Origin: Candidatus Aminicenantales bacterium
Lineage (GTDB): Bacteria > Acidobacteriota > Aminicenantia > Aminicenantales > UBA4085
DNA: 64,000 bases
NCBI GenBank assembly: GCA_049515535.1
Contig: JBEKTZ010000001.1
Location: forward strand, 80,599 to 144,598
Direction of reading: 5' to 3'
Shown here: in pieces, positions 9,471-18,466 of the stretch
Numbering within the stretch: position 1 is the stretch's first letter
How the letters are laid out: every line of letters starts with the position of its first letter
Notes under the pieces: model-generated
Database searches by the model: none
Told to the model about the DNA's origin: nothing
What the model saw: the letters and a program-made list of their open reading frames with translations, nothing else
Position numbers and translations under genes: made by a program

Positions 9471-11999
9471 TCAAGGAATGGGGTGCCGCGTCTTCGCCGG
9501 CTGAGGGCTTGGCTCGGCCCAAAGGAATTCACCAGCATCCAGCGACCAATCGAGGCCGAAGAATCCGGCCAACTTGACCCCCTCCCCCCCGCCCTTAACG
9601 ACGCCGGAGTCGAAGACCACAAGGTCGGGGAGCGCAAAGCCGGCATAGAGATACGAGCGCGTGTTCGTCAAACGCATGCCCAGAATGCCCGTGCCGGAGA
9701 CGACGCCGACGCAGGCCGAGGCGCTCTTCGGCCGGGGCCGGAGGAATAGGCAAGCAAGGTCCTTGCCCACGATTTTTTTGCCGCCCGCCGCGATAACATC
9801 TTTGTTGACCTGGACCGGGCTGTCGCCGAGGAGCGGCTTCCAGGCGCCGTTCGTCGCCGCGTTCCCATAAAGGATCACGCTGCGGTCGGGCTCGCTCGCC
9901 GGGTCGAAATCGCGGTCGGCCCTGACCTCGACCGAGCCGTTGCCCTGGTATTGAAAACACTCGGCGTCGAATCTCGCCTTTTCGAACGCCCAAGCGTTTT
10001 CCTCGGCCGCGCCCTTCGTGCCGTAGACGAAGATCATCCGGTTGCGGAAAGCGTCCTTGAACGGTCCGGAGCGTCGCGGTCCCTTGAGCGCGGGAGAAGG
10101 CTCGTCGCCGACCGTCCACGTGGAATCGTTCCTGTAAAGCCAAAGCGTTGATCCCTTTGGAACCGCTTTCAGCTCCTGCCCGTCGAGCCGGACGACGACG
10201 GCATCCGGTTGGCCAAGCAGGGCAAGGTCGAGGGCCAGCCGGGCGACGTTATCGGTCGTTCCCGAAAACCGCTTCATCCCCGGATCGACGAGCAAATGAA
10301 CCGAGCTGAGCTTGAGCGGGACGGTCTGGGCTTCGATCCGCGCCCACCGGCATTGGGACGAAAGACCGGGGTTGGCCGTCGCGAATTCGACCTCGCGGAC
10401 GTTTTCCGGACGTGGCAAAGAGTGGCGGCCGAAGAAATCGAACATCGGCGCGTAATCCACGCAATCAGTGCCCGGTTCATCCGACTTGTCCCACCAGTGT
10501 TGCGCGTCCTTTTCCTCGTGATAGATGAAGTCCTTGTGGAACTCGGCCAGCGTCTGGGCCATCTGTCTCGACTGCGCAACGGGAACGCTCTCGTCTTTCT
10601 CTCCGTGGAGCATATATACCCCGAAGTTCAGCGTATTGCGGACAAAGGCGAGCGTGTCTCCTTGAATGAGCGGCCGAGCGGCCAGCTTCTCAATCCCGGT
10701 CGAGCCTTCGTCCCTTTGACGCGAGGAATAAGTCCGGAAGCTGATCCAGCCGGCGCTCGGGCCGACTGCGGCGAACAGGTCGGGGAACTGAACGCCGAGG
10801 ATCCAGGCGCCATGGCCGCCCATGGAATGCCCGGTGAGATAGACGCGCTCCGGGTCGACGGGATAGCGCCGCTTGAAATCCGCCATCGCCTCAAGGGCAT
10901 CGATCCGGCCCCAATCTTCCCAGTCGAATCCGTAGGGCCGCCGGTTGGTCGGGGCGATGATGTTCGTCCAGGATTTGCTTTCATAGGACCCGGCCTGGTT
11001 GACCGCTTCGACGCCCGCGCCATGGACGGACAGAACGAGAGCCGGCTTGAATTCCGGCGAGCGATCCCGGGCCGGATTCACGGCGTAATATTGGATGCTG
11101 CCGTCGATATCGCTCCGGAACGTCCGTTTGTGGTTCTGGAGCGGACTCTTGATATCCAGCGCCACGGTAACGTCCTGGAGCGCCGTTTGGACGGCGGCTT
11201 TGTCTTTCAAGACGATTTTGAGCTGAATCCGGGCCGGCTGCGGCAGCGCCTCTCCCTTGATCAGAAAAGCGGCCTTCCGGACGCTCATCGGCTGGATGAG
11301 CCCGACGTCCGTCGTCGCGCTCTCCAAGCCTTCGCCCGACGTTTCGATAATGAGGTTCCTGCGGAGCTCGCTCGTCCCGTTCATGACGACGATCGCGCCC
11401 CAGGCCTCGGTCCTCTCGCCGACGATCAAGTCGGGCAGCGTGACGTCCTTGTCGTTGAGGACGATGGGGGCCGCGGGCGAAGAGAGGACGGCTTTCAGCC
11501 GTCCCCGGCTCAAGCGAAAGAGAAAATGGTTCTCCCCTTTTTTCAGGAGCACCGGCACCTGGCCGTAATCGAAACGCGGCTCCCAGGATTCGTACGCATC
11601 TTTGACGGCGTACTTCCCGCCCATGCGGAGCTCGCCGTTCGCGAAGACGTACGAATCGCCCAGCCCGTTGAGGATCATCACCTGCGCCCGAGCGCTGCTG
11701 ATCCGGGCGTCGACATAGCTGTCGCCCGGGGTCGCGAACCAGCCGTTGGCGTCGGCGACGATCTTGTCCCATTTCGCGTTCTCCGTAGCCGAAAACGCCA
11801 CGGCCTCGCCCGGTCTCGGCGCTTTCCATGTTCGCGCCGCCATCATCATTTCCACGGGATCGACGGCGAACGCCGAGCGCTGAATGGTCCGCGGAATCCG
11901 GAGCACCAGCCCTTCCTTGATGATCAGCTCTTCGGCTCCAAGCCGGAGCTGAACCGCGGCAAAGCAAAACAGAAAAACAACCGACAATCGTTTGGTCAT
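9471..11999 (-). CDS. secreted alpha/beta-hydrolase (prolyl oligopeptidase S9-like / esterase domain) multidomain protein
   Basis: Signal peptide. Nucleophile elbow GHSMGG in YLTGHSMGGHGAWILG. Large flanking beta-rich domains. Confidence 0.7.
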   Translation of the reverse strand: MTKRLSVVFLFCFAAVQLRLGAEELIIKEGLVLRIPRTIQRSAFAVDPVEMMMAARTWKAPRPGEAVAFSATENAKWDKIVADANGWFATPGDSYVDARISSARAQVMILNGLGDSYVFANGELRMGGKYAVKDAYESWEPRFDYGQVPVLLKKGENHFLFRLSRGRLKAVLSSPAAPIVLNDKDVTLPDLIVGERTEAWGAIVVMNGTSELRRNLIIETSGEGLESATTDVGLIQPMSVRKAAFLIKGEALPQPARIQLKIVLKDKAAVQTALQDVTVALDIKSPLQNHKRTFRSDIDGSIQYYAVNPARDRSPEFKPALVLSVHGAGVEAVNQAGSYESKSWTNIIAPTNRRPYGFDWEDWGRIDALEAMADFKRRYPVDPERVYLTGHSMGGHGAWILGVQFPDLFAAVGPSAGWISFRTYSSRQRDEGSTGIEKLAARPLIQGDTLAFVRNTLNFGVYMLHGEKDESVPVAQSRQMAQTLAEFHKDFIYHEEKDAQHWWDKSDEPGTDCVDYAPMFDFFGRHSLPRPENVREVEFATANPGLSSQCRWARIEAQTVPLKLSSVHLLVDPGMKRFSGTTDNVARLALDLALLGQPDAVVVRLDGQELKAVPKGSTLWLYRNDSTWTVGDEPSPALKGPRRSGPFKDAFRNRMIFVYGTKGAAEENAWAFEKARFDAECFQYQGNGSVEVRADRDFDPASEPDRSVILYGNAATNGAWKPLLGDSPVQVNKDVIAAGGKKIVGKDLACLFLRPRPKSASACVGVVSGTGILGMRLTNTRSYLYAGFALPDLVVFDSGVVKGGGEGVKLAGFFGLDWSLDAGEFLWAEPSPQPAKTRHPIP

Positions 12000-12180
12000 G
12001 GGTACGTCCTCGGTTCATAAAATATTGCCGACACGAAGAGATTGTCAAGCGTTGTGATCCCAGGAGCGAACTTGCCGAAAAGGAGGGCAGGTCACAAAAA
12101 TTGTCGAATCTCGCCTAAACTGGGATAACGGAGCATAAAGAACAGGATGACTGAAAACCTTTAAAATCATGGGAAAACCT

Positions 12181-12243
12181 GAGAAACAATGCTGGTAGCG
12201 CTACGGGGATTCGAACCCCGGTTTGATGGCTGAGAACCAACCG
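12181..12243. repeat. attL-like direct repeat: copy of the 3' half of tRNA-Glu plus 3' flank (63 bp, 1 mismatch versus 38471-38533)
   Basis: 12191-12243 is identical to 38481-38533. 12181-12189 is identical to 38471-38479. It contains the T-arm and acceptor 3' strand (GGGGTTCGAATCCCCG...CCA, reverse complement) without the tRNA 5' half. Confidence 0.75.
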
Positions 12244-12265
12244 CATGCCCATCTCATACACCTCG

Positions 12266-13714
12266 CTAATTGATTGTCGTAGAAGAAGTTACGAGGGTCA
12301 AAGAATCGGCCGATTTTTCCGCGTCACAGATACGTAACAGATTTGAGGGCTTTTCGGACTTTTCGCAGCCGGGAGCGTCGAGCTTTTCAACCGCCGCACT
12401 CATCTGAAGCAGGCTTGAATGGAGATAGATCTCCGTCGTCTTTAGGTTCGCATGCCCTAGGATGTTTTTAACCGTGATCGGATCGACTCCCCTGCTGATG
12501 AGACGTGTTCCTACCGTATGTCGAAGATCATGGAAATGAAGATTTTTAATCTTCGCCCGCTTGCAAGCCATCGTAAAAGCCCTCCGAACAGTCGTAACGG
12601 GACGAAGCTTGCCTGTTTTCGAGTCCTCGTATAGGAAAACGTAATCGTTCCGGCCTTCATTGATCCGCCGAAGCCGCAGGAGTTCGTTGAAGAGAGGCTT
12701 GTTGATCGGAATTATGCGCTTTTTCCCGCTTTTGCTTGTTTCCGGCTTTACCGTAATCTGCAATTTTGCCATATCCACATTCTCCCAGGAAAGACTGAGA
12801 ATCTCAGAATAGCGCATTCCTGTCGCCAAGGCGCAGACTAAGATCGATCTCAAATGCGGCGCAGCAGCCAGAAAAAGCCTCGTTTCTTCTTCATACGTAA
12901 GAACCCTCTCCCTCCGATACGCATCTTCAGAAAAATAATTCCCCTTTTTAACGGGATTTCGTTCGATCTTGTAGCCCCATTCAATGCCCAGGGAAAGCAT
13001 CTTTTTCAAGACGGTCAGTTCTCGATTGATAGTCGAGTTCTTAACTCCGTCCTTCTGTCGTTTGACCATGAATTGGCTAACGTGGAGAGGGGTTATCTCT
13101 TGAAGATCAATTTCGCCAAAGAACGGTTTGAGTTGAGCCCTGATGTATTTCTCATCCGACCGCCAACTCCGCTTTTTCACTTTGGCATAGTTGTTCAGAT
13201 AAACTTCTGAAAACGCTGAAAAGATGATTTGCTGTTCGCTCTTTTGGGCCCTGTGCTCATGGTTGAATTCTTGGGCGACCATGCGCTGAAGCGCTAAGAG
13301 AGCTTCCTCTTGGGTGATGGCATGCGGGACGAGTTTCTGGATTCTCTGGCCTTTGCTTCGATAATCGACGTACCAGCGAATTCCTCCATTTTTTATCTTC
13401 CTCTGATAGATCGCACCATAGCCAAAATTATAGCGAGTCTTGGACTTGGACGTTCTTGCCACCTCGCTCATACCTCCTCGTCCCACTATTGCGTTTGGCG
13501 AGAGCTGGGCCAAATCAAACGCCATGGTATCGAGAGCTGGGCAATTTCTTTTGCCTTGGTCAATCCAAATGTCGAGATCGCTCCGGCGAAAGCGGAGTCC
13601 GAATCTCTTTCGAATGTATGGAAGGGCGCCGCCCCGTACATACCTGTAGACCGTCGTCCTTGACACCTGAAGAAGGCTTGCGACATCGGCGCAGGTCATC
13701 AGATGGTCAGGCAA
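12266..13714 (-). CDS. int: tyrosine-type site-specific recombinase/integrase (phage integrase family) with N-terminal HTH
   Basis: C-terminal catalytic signature HDLRHTVGTRL...LGHANLKTTEIYLH (R..H..R..Y). N-terminal MerR/excisionase-like HTH (ADVASLLQVSRTTVYRY). Immediately adjacent to the att repeat. Confidence 0.9.
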   Translation of the reverse strand: MPDHLMTCADVASLLQVSRTTVYRYVRGGALPYIRKRFGLRFRRSDLDIWIDQGKRNCPALDTMAFDLAQLSPNAIVGRGGMSEVARTSKSKTRYNFGYGAIYQRKIKNGGIRWYVDYRSKGQRIQKLVPHAITQEEALLALQRMVAQEFNHEHRAQKSEQQIIFSAFSEVYLNNYAKVKKRSWRSDEKYIRAQLKPFFGEIDLQEITPLHVSQFMVKRQKDGVKNSTINRELTVLKKMLSLGIEWGYKIERNPVKKGNYFSEDAYRRERVLTYEEETRLFLAAAPHLRSILVCALATGMRYSEILSLSWENVDMAKLQITVKPETSKSGKKRIIPINKPLFNELLRLRRINEGRNDYVFLYEDSKTGKLRPVTTVRRAFTMACKRAKIKNLHFHDLRHTVGTRLISRGVDPITVKNILGHANLKTTEIYLHSSLLQMSAAVEKLDAPGCEKSEKPSNLLRICDAEKSADSLTLVTSSTTIN

Positions 13715-13801
13715 TCATAACCTCAGCATAATGAAATAACCCCTGCGAGGCCCGGGCCGAGAATCTCTGAAGTCGGGCTTCCGGCACAGGGGAACCGCTA
13801 T

Positions 13802-14098
13802 TCACAAAGTCTCATCACCCTCGTCGGGCAGCTTGCCTTCGCCGCTGGCATTGGATCCAAGTTTGGAATTCAGCCTCTTCCAGAGCTCGTAGGCTTTGTC
13901 GATCCCTTCTTTCAGCTGGGGGAGTAGTTCACGACGAATTGAAATGCCCTTAGTCCTCGGTTTCCAGACGTCGGCATAGTTATCGAAGTAGAAGATTCTA
14001 GCCGATATCAAATCTGTGCCCTCGTACTTCGTGAATTGAATTCGGACTACTTCCCGGGAGTTCTTTTTGAACTCGAAAACCGTTGCTTCATTTGCCAT
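13802..14098 (-). CDS. hypothetical protein (island cargo)
   Basis: 98-aa ORF between the integrase and the replication module. No recognisable motif. Confidence 0.35.
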   Translation of the reverse strand: MANEATVFEFKKNSREVVRIQFTKYEGTDLISARIFYFDNYADVWKPRTKGISIRRELLPQLKEGIDKAYELWKRLNSKLGSNASGEGKLPDEGDETL

Positions 14099-14122
14099 GG
14101 CAATTATTCCTCCTTTGTCATC

Positions 14123-14326
14123 TTAAAAAAGTCGTGCTTTGTTGCCCCTAGAGCTATCCCCGATGAGCCCCAGGCCTACACCCATTGGCTTTCCACTTGT
14201 CCCTAGTCGAAGATCCCAGCCGGAAAGGACATAGGAGGCTGGTTCGATTAGGAAAAATACGGCCTTTTTGGGCGACCCGCCGGAGCATTCCGGGCAATGT
14301 CGCCCGATTGCTTTGCTTTTATTCAT
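14123..14326 (-). CDS. hypothetical small zinc-ribbon-like protein
   Basis: CPEC motif in a 67-aa ORF. Weak support. Confidence 0.25.
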   Translation of the reverse strand: MNKSKAIGRHCPECSGGSPKKAVFFLIEPASYVLSGWDLRLGTSGKPMGVGLGLIGDSSRGNKARLF

Positions 14327-14370
14327 GATTCCTCCTTCAAGGAAAAAGCTGTGACAACCCTGCCGGGGAT

Positions 14371-14500
14371 GGTGGACGAAATGAATAAAATGTCGGATAA
14401 GCTCGTATCTAATTGAAAGATCATGAAATAGAATATGGCTATTTCGTCCACTCTATATATATCCAGGCGGGTGTCCAACCGTGGACGAAATGGACGAAAT
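14371..14500. repeat. iteron-like cluster: 4 copies of GGACGAAAT (two tandem, one inverted) just downstream of the primase-helicase gene
   Basis: GGTGGACGAAATG at 14371-14383. ATTTCGTCCAC (reverse complement) at 14442-14452. GTGGACGAAATGGACGAAAT at 14481-14500. Flanked by the AT-rich TCTATATATATATCC. Confidence 0.35.
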
Positions 14501-16345
14501 CTATTCCCGCGGCTCATCTTGATCGCCCATTAGCTGGAGCATTTTGGGGTTTCCTTTCCCCTTTATCACTCTGACACGGATCTGATGCCGCTTTGTCGCT
14601 TCATAAATCGCCTCTTTGATCAAGCGCACAGCGGCTACATCCCTGAATTTCTCGATGATTTGGGATTGAAGCATCTCGCCGCCGTTTTCCCGCAGGGCTT
14701 CGACGATATCTTGGGCGGATACTTTTTTATTCTCTTTGGGCTCGGCATTCTCGTACCATAGCGTCTCTGGATCCCGATGTAAGATCATGGGTTCAAGAGA
14801 AGACGCATTTCTAAGTTCGAACGACAAGATGCCATATTCTGAACGTGGCGACGTGAGCGAGTACTTATTCGGAGGGATTCGGCTGAACGTCCAATTTGCA
14901 TCCGAGGCTGCCGCGATTACCGAGGAACCTCTATGTAATTCACCACCTTCGCGCCCTAATAAATTGGGTTTCCCAAAGTGATGGATCAGAGAAACGGCGA
15001 TCTCGTATCTTTTTATCAAATCGTGGACAATTCGGAAGAAGGCCGCCATATCTTCAGCCGTGTTTTCTTTTTTTGTATGGAACGTATACATGGGATCAAG
15101 GAAGACAATGTCGGGACTTATTTCCTCGATGATCCCGCGTATCTTTTTGAGCCCTTCATCGGAATCGAGGAGAAGACCTCTCTCGGACTTAAGGAAGAGA
15201 TTCTCCAGGGCGCTGCTTGGATCCGGCGAAGTCGCAGCCGGCAAAACACCCCCCATCATTTTTTTCAACCGCTCTTGCAAGGACTCCTCGCTCACCTCTT
15301 GCTGAATTAGGAGTACGCGGCAGGGCTGATTGATGTCAAAGCCAAGCCAAGGCTTGCCGTTGGCGAGACTCAAGGCGATATTCAGAGACAAGATGCTCTT
15401 CCCGAGCTTCGCCGGTCCGGAAAGAATCGTCAGCTCTTTTTTCGCGAGCAGAGATCCCATCAGGCATTGGCGCGGGGGAATAGGCTTTTCAAGAAATTCT
15501 TTTAACGATTCGACACCGGAGGTGCGGGCTGATGGAATGAGAGCCTTCCGATATTGGGGAGTATCTTTTATGAGCCGCTCAAGATATTCCTTACCCTCAA
15601 GTCCGTTTTCGAGCCAATCCGAGATGTCTTCCTTTTCCCGCAGCCCCGGCAACTTCAGGATTTTAACCGAGGCCGCGTCTTTCAGCAGAGACTCCGCCAC
15701 CTTTTGAGCATGTTTTTTGCCCGGCTCATCGTTATCCGGGATGATGACGACTTCCTTTCCTTTGAAATATCCGGAAAATTCATCCTTCCAATTCCCGGCA
15801 CCATGAGGATTCGTCGTAGCGGTCCATCCGAGCTTTTCTTTCACCGTATCGACATCTTTTTCGCCTTCAACGATCAGCACGAAATGAGCATTGATGATCT
15901 CGTCGAGTCGATAGGGCACCCTCCTGGTAGCCTTTAGGTCCCAAATCCAACCGCCGTTGCCGTTCGGTCTGCGATACTTGAAGGACTTGGGATTGGAACG
16001 GACACATTGATAGAGAAGGTTTCCCGATTCGTCGACGTAGTCGTAAATTTTTACGATCTCGGGACCATCAGAAGGAAGCTCTTGGGTAAGGCGGCTAATG
16101 GCTTCCGCTATATCGATATGCTCTTGCTCTACGAGAAAGTCGATAATCGACCCTCCCTTGCCGCACCCGAAACAATGCCAGAGCCAAGTCCCATCCTCTT
16201 GGCTGATCGATAAGGACGGATTGGTATCATGATGGAACGGGCAGAGAGCATGATCGGAGTTATTGAAAATGAGCCCGTATTTGTCCTGAAGGTATTTTTT
16301 CAGGTCGATCTTCTTAAGATCTTCGATCTGATCTTTCATATGCAT
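14501..16345 (-). CDS. bifunctional DNA primase (CHC2 zinc finger + Toprim) / RepA-DnaB-like P-loop helicase
   Basis: N-terminal CHC2 zinc finger (CPFHHDTNPSLSIS...HCFGCG). Central Toprim-like acidic motifs (IVEGEKD, IIPDNDEPG). C-terminal Walker A (LTILSGPAKLGKS). This is the P4-alpha / primase-helicase architecture. Confidence 0.8.
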   Translation of the reverse strand: MHMKDQIEDLKKIDLKKYLQDKYGLIFNNSDHALCPFHHDTNPSLSISQEDGTWLWHCFGCGKGGSIIDFLVEQEHIDIAEAISRLTQELPSDGPEIVKIYDYVDESGNLLYQCVRSNPKSFKYRRPNGNGGWIWDLKATRRVPYRLDEIINAHFVLIVEGEKDVDTVKEKLGWTATTNPHGAGNWKDEFSGYFKGKEVVIIPDNDEPGKKHAQKVAESLLKDAASVKILKLPGLREKEDISDWLENGLEGKEYLERLIKDTPQYRKALIPSARTSGVESLKEFLEKPIPPRQCLMGSLLAKKELTILSGPAKLGKSILSLNIALSLANGKPWLGFDINQPCRVLLIQQEVSEESLQERLKKMMGGVLPAATSPDPSSALENLFLKSERGLLLDSDEGLKKIRGIIEEISPDIVFLDPMYTFHTKKENTAEDMAAFFRIVHDLIKRYEIAVSLIHHFGKPNLLGREGGELHRGSSVIAAASDANWTFSRIPPNKYSLTSPRSEYGILSFELRNASSLEPMILHRDPETLWYENAEPKENKKVSAQDIVEALRENGGEMLQSQIIEKFRDVAAVRLIKEAIYEATKRHQIRVRVIKGKGNPKMLQLMGDQDEPRE

Positions 16346-16631
16346 CTTCCTCGTCTTGAATAAATTTTTTTATCACCTCTTGATATTTCGCGATGACCGC
16401 ATTTTGAATCGTCTCTCCCACCGTGCGAGACAGGGGACGGAAACAGCACGTCCCCATCTTCATGGGATAGACGAGCCGGAAGCCGCCGGGCGTGGAAGGT
16501 GATGTATAAATGGCGACGGAGCCGACGAAATAGCGCCCGTCAATTAGAAAGGAAGCGAAGGCGACCAAGCCTTTCTGGGGAGGAACGGGGGCGATTTCTA
16601 TTTGGGCAATCTCGATTTCTTCTTTACACAT
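16314..16631 (-). CDS. hypothetical protein (overlaps primase start)
   Basis: 105-aa ORF with plausible composition. No motif recognised. Confidence 0.3.
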   Translation of the reverse strand: MCKEEIEIAQIEIAPVPPQKGLVAFASFLIDGRYFVGSVAIYTSPSTPGGFRLVYPMKMGTCCFRPLSRTVGETIQNAVIAKYQEVIKKFIQDEEDAYERSDRRS

Positions 16632-16732
16632 TTTCTAAACTCCGAGACTACCACAGGCTATTACAAGCTATTATTGGGATGTGGCCCCGAATTAATGACC
16701 TAATTCGGGGATAACAAAATTGAGATTATGGA

Positions 16733-17899
16733 TTAGGCGAGGCCGGGGATTCGATCAATTATTTTTGATACATGTTCAACAATGGTATTATTTGAATCGA
16801 TTACTCTTCTTATTTGTCTTTTGCTTGAATTGAAGATTTTTGACACAAGAAACAGAGCTAATTCAGATGGTTCAGCGGTCCGAATAGTGTCTAATATTTC
16901 TAAAAACATAGTTTCATTTAGGATTTTTTTTATATCTTTTTCTTTCATGGGGCTCTGAGCATCGAGGCCGGCGCGCTTCCTCATTTCCTGCCTGAACTCT
17001 TGCTCGGGCATGCCATACCTTGGAAGCTGCTTGAACAAATCAAAATTATTTATTAACCATCCTCCACCTATGCTTTCCCACGAATCATAGCCTTTACTTA
17101 TTTCCCAAAGTTTCAATAGATCCTTTTTTACTTCAAAATATCGGTGCTTCCTAAGGAAGATTCTATATTTACGCCATTCTTTTCTCGCCTCTTCATTTGA
17201 ATATAGCTCTTTGACTATCGGACGACTTTTGACAAATATTCTCCTTAAATACTCGTACCTAAAAACAATTCGGATTTTTTCCTTTTTGGTATAGCTGGCG
17301 GGGCCCCTCGTGACAATGCCTGCTCTATTTTTAAGCTGATAGACCAATTCATCAATTTTGTTGGACATTGCAGATGATTCAAACCAATGCTGGAATAGCC
17401 TAAAAAATATCGGATTCTTTAGTATTGTAGGTCCTTCAAATAAATACACGAGGTTTTTAAGATTATTCTCGTTAGCTAGGATCGCCGTATCCAGATAAGA
17501 CGACTCAGCTTTTCTTTTAAGATCTCTAAAGAAGGCTAGGTCATCGGCGGATAATTTATTACTTGCAGCTCCCCCAAAATTCTTCTCTCTCTTCGGCTTT
17601 ATTTTTTCTTTTGACAAGACTTCTTCAATTAATCGGTCGACTTCATCATCCAAACATAGGTCAATCCATTTTTGATTAGATTCGATTTCAAGTTCCTGAA
17701 TAATCTGGCCCAGCATATCTCTGAGAAAGATTGGAGTCTTGTTTTTATAGAGGTCTGCCCAGGCTTTTCGTCTGGAAATAAATTCGAGCTTTCTGTGACT
17801 TGAATCAAGCTCCTCTTCATCAAGTCTGATCGAAATTATTTTTTCTCTTAAATCGCTGCAAATATTTAGCTCAGCCCAATATTTCTCTTTTTCAGACAT
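16733..17899 (-). CDS. hypothetical protein, AT-rich orphan (Lys/Glu-rich, 388 aa)
   Basis: Long clean ORF in a markedly AT-rich block (16.7-18.1 kb) within a high-GC context. Preceded by an AT-rich promoter-like region at 17900-18130. No recognisable catalytic motif. Confidence 0.55.
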   Translation of the reverse strand: MSEKEKYWAELNICSDLREKIISIRLDEEELDSSHRKLEFISRRKAWADLYKNKTPIFLRDMLGQIIQELEIESNQKWIDLCLDDEVDRLIEEVLSKEKIKPKREKNFGGAASNKLSADDLAFFRDLKRKAESSYLDTAILANENNLKNLVYLFEGPTILKNPIFFRLFQHWFESSAMSNKIDELVYQLKNRAGIVTRGPASYTKKEKIRIVFRYEYLRRIFVKSRPIVKELYSNEEARKEWRKYRIFLRKHRYFEVKKDLLKLWEISKGYDSWESIGGGWLINNFDLFKQLPRYGMPEQEFRQEMRKRAGLDAQSPMKEKDIKKILNETMFLEILDTIRTAEPSELALFLVSKIFNSSKRQIRRVIDSNNTIVEHVSKIIDRIPGLA

Positions 17900-18160
17900 C
17901 TTTATTACCTTTTTAAAAATTCTTTATATGAATTTTGATACTAAATATTTAAACAAGTCTTTAGGTCATTTACAAGCCAATGAAATAAATGAGAAAATAA
18001 ATTCTGATCTTCGTCATATTGAGGCGCTAATACGCTCAGCGATCATATCGACAGCGGGAAGCACTCCTAAGTAGCGAGTTGGCCAGGGGCCATTTCACTA
18101 ATTAGTTTTTATCGATCTTATCTCATATTTCTTGCCATCTTGAGCTTTTCGTTTAGCTTG

Positions 18161-18289
18161 TTAATCAGACCCACAGATTGCACACTTCCCCATGAAAATA
18201 TCCGTATCATCGTAATCCTCAAACGGCATCGGCAATCCGCAGGTGTGACAGAAAAGGACGATAATTTTCTGGCGTTTGATTCGCGCCAT
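18161..18289 (-). CDS. possible 42-aa zinc-ribbon micro-protein (MARIKRQKIIVLFCHTCGLPMPFEDYDDTDIFMGKCAICGSD)
   Basis: Not in the ORF track (below its length cutoff). Two CxxC pairs. ATG with a purine-rich upstream stretch. Lies directly downstream of the SNF2 gene. Competes with a plus-strand ORF at 18140..18424. Confidence 0.25.
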   Translation of the reverse strand: MARIKRQKIIVLFCHTCGLPMPFEDYDDTDIFMGKCAICGSD

Positions 18290-18466
18290 GAGAATAATTC
18301 CCGCTTTCCTTCGTCCTTCCTGATGAGGCCAGATTTTGCCTTCGCGGTGTCGTTTTCATCGGGAGGCTTGTCGATGAGCCAGGTTTCCCCGCCTCATTGC
18401 TGCACTCCAGTCTTTGAACAGTAGAGGGTTTATACTTTGAAGATAGAAACCCATGGTTCACCTCTC

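Noticed and set aside
12191-12243. Second tRNA gene
   Set aside because: Only the 3' half (T-arm and acceptor 3' strand) is present. Upstream sequence cannot form D or anticodon arms. Interpreted as the att repeat, not a gene.
14323-14517. 64-aa ORF covering the iteron cluster
   Set aside because: Its sequence is dominated by the repeated GGACGAAAT units and AT tract. More plausibly non-coding repeat DNA.
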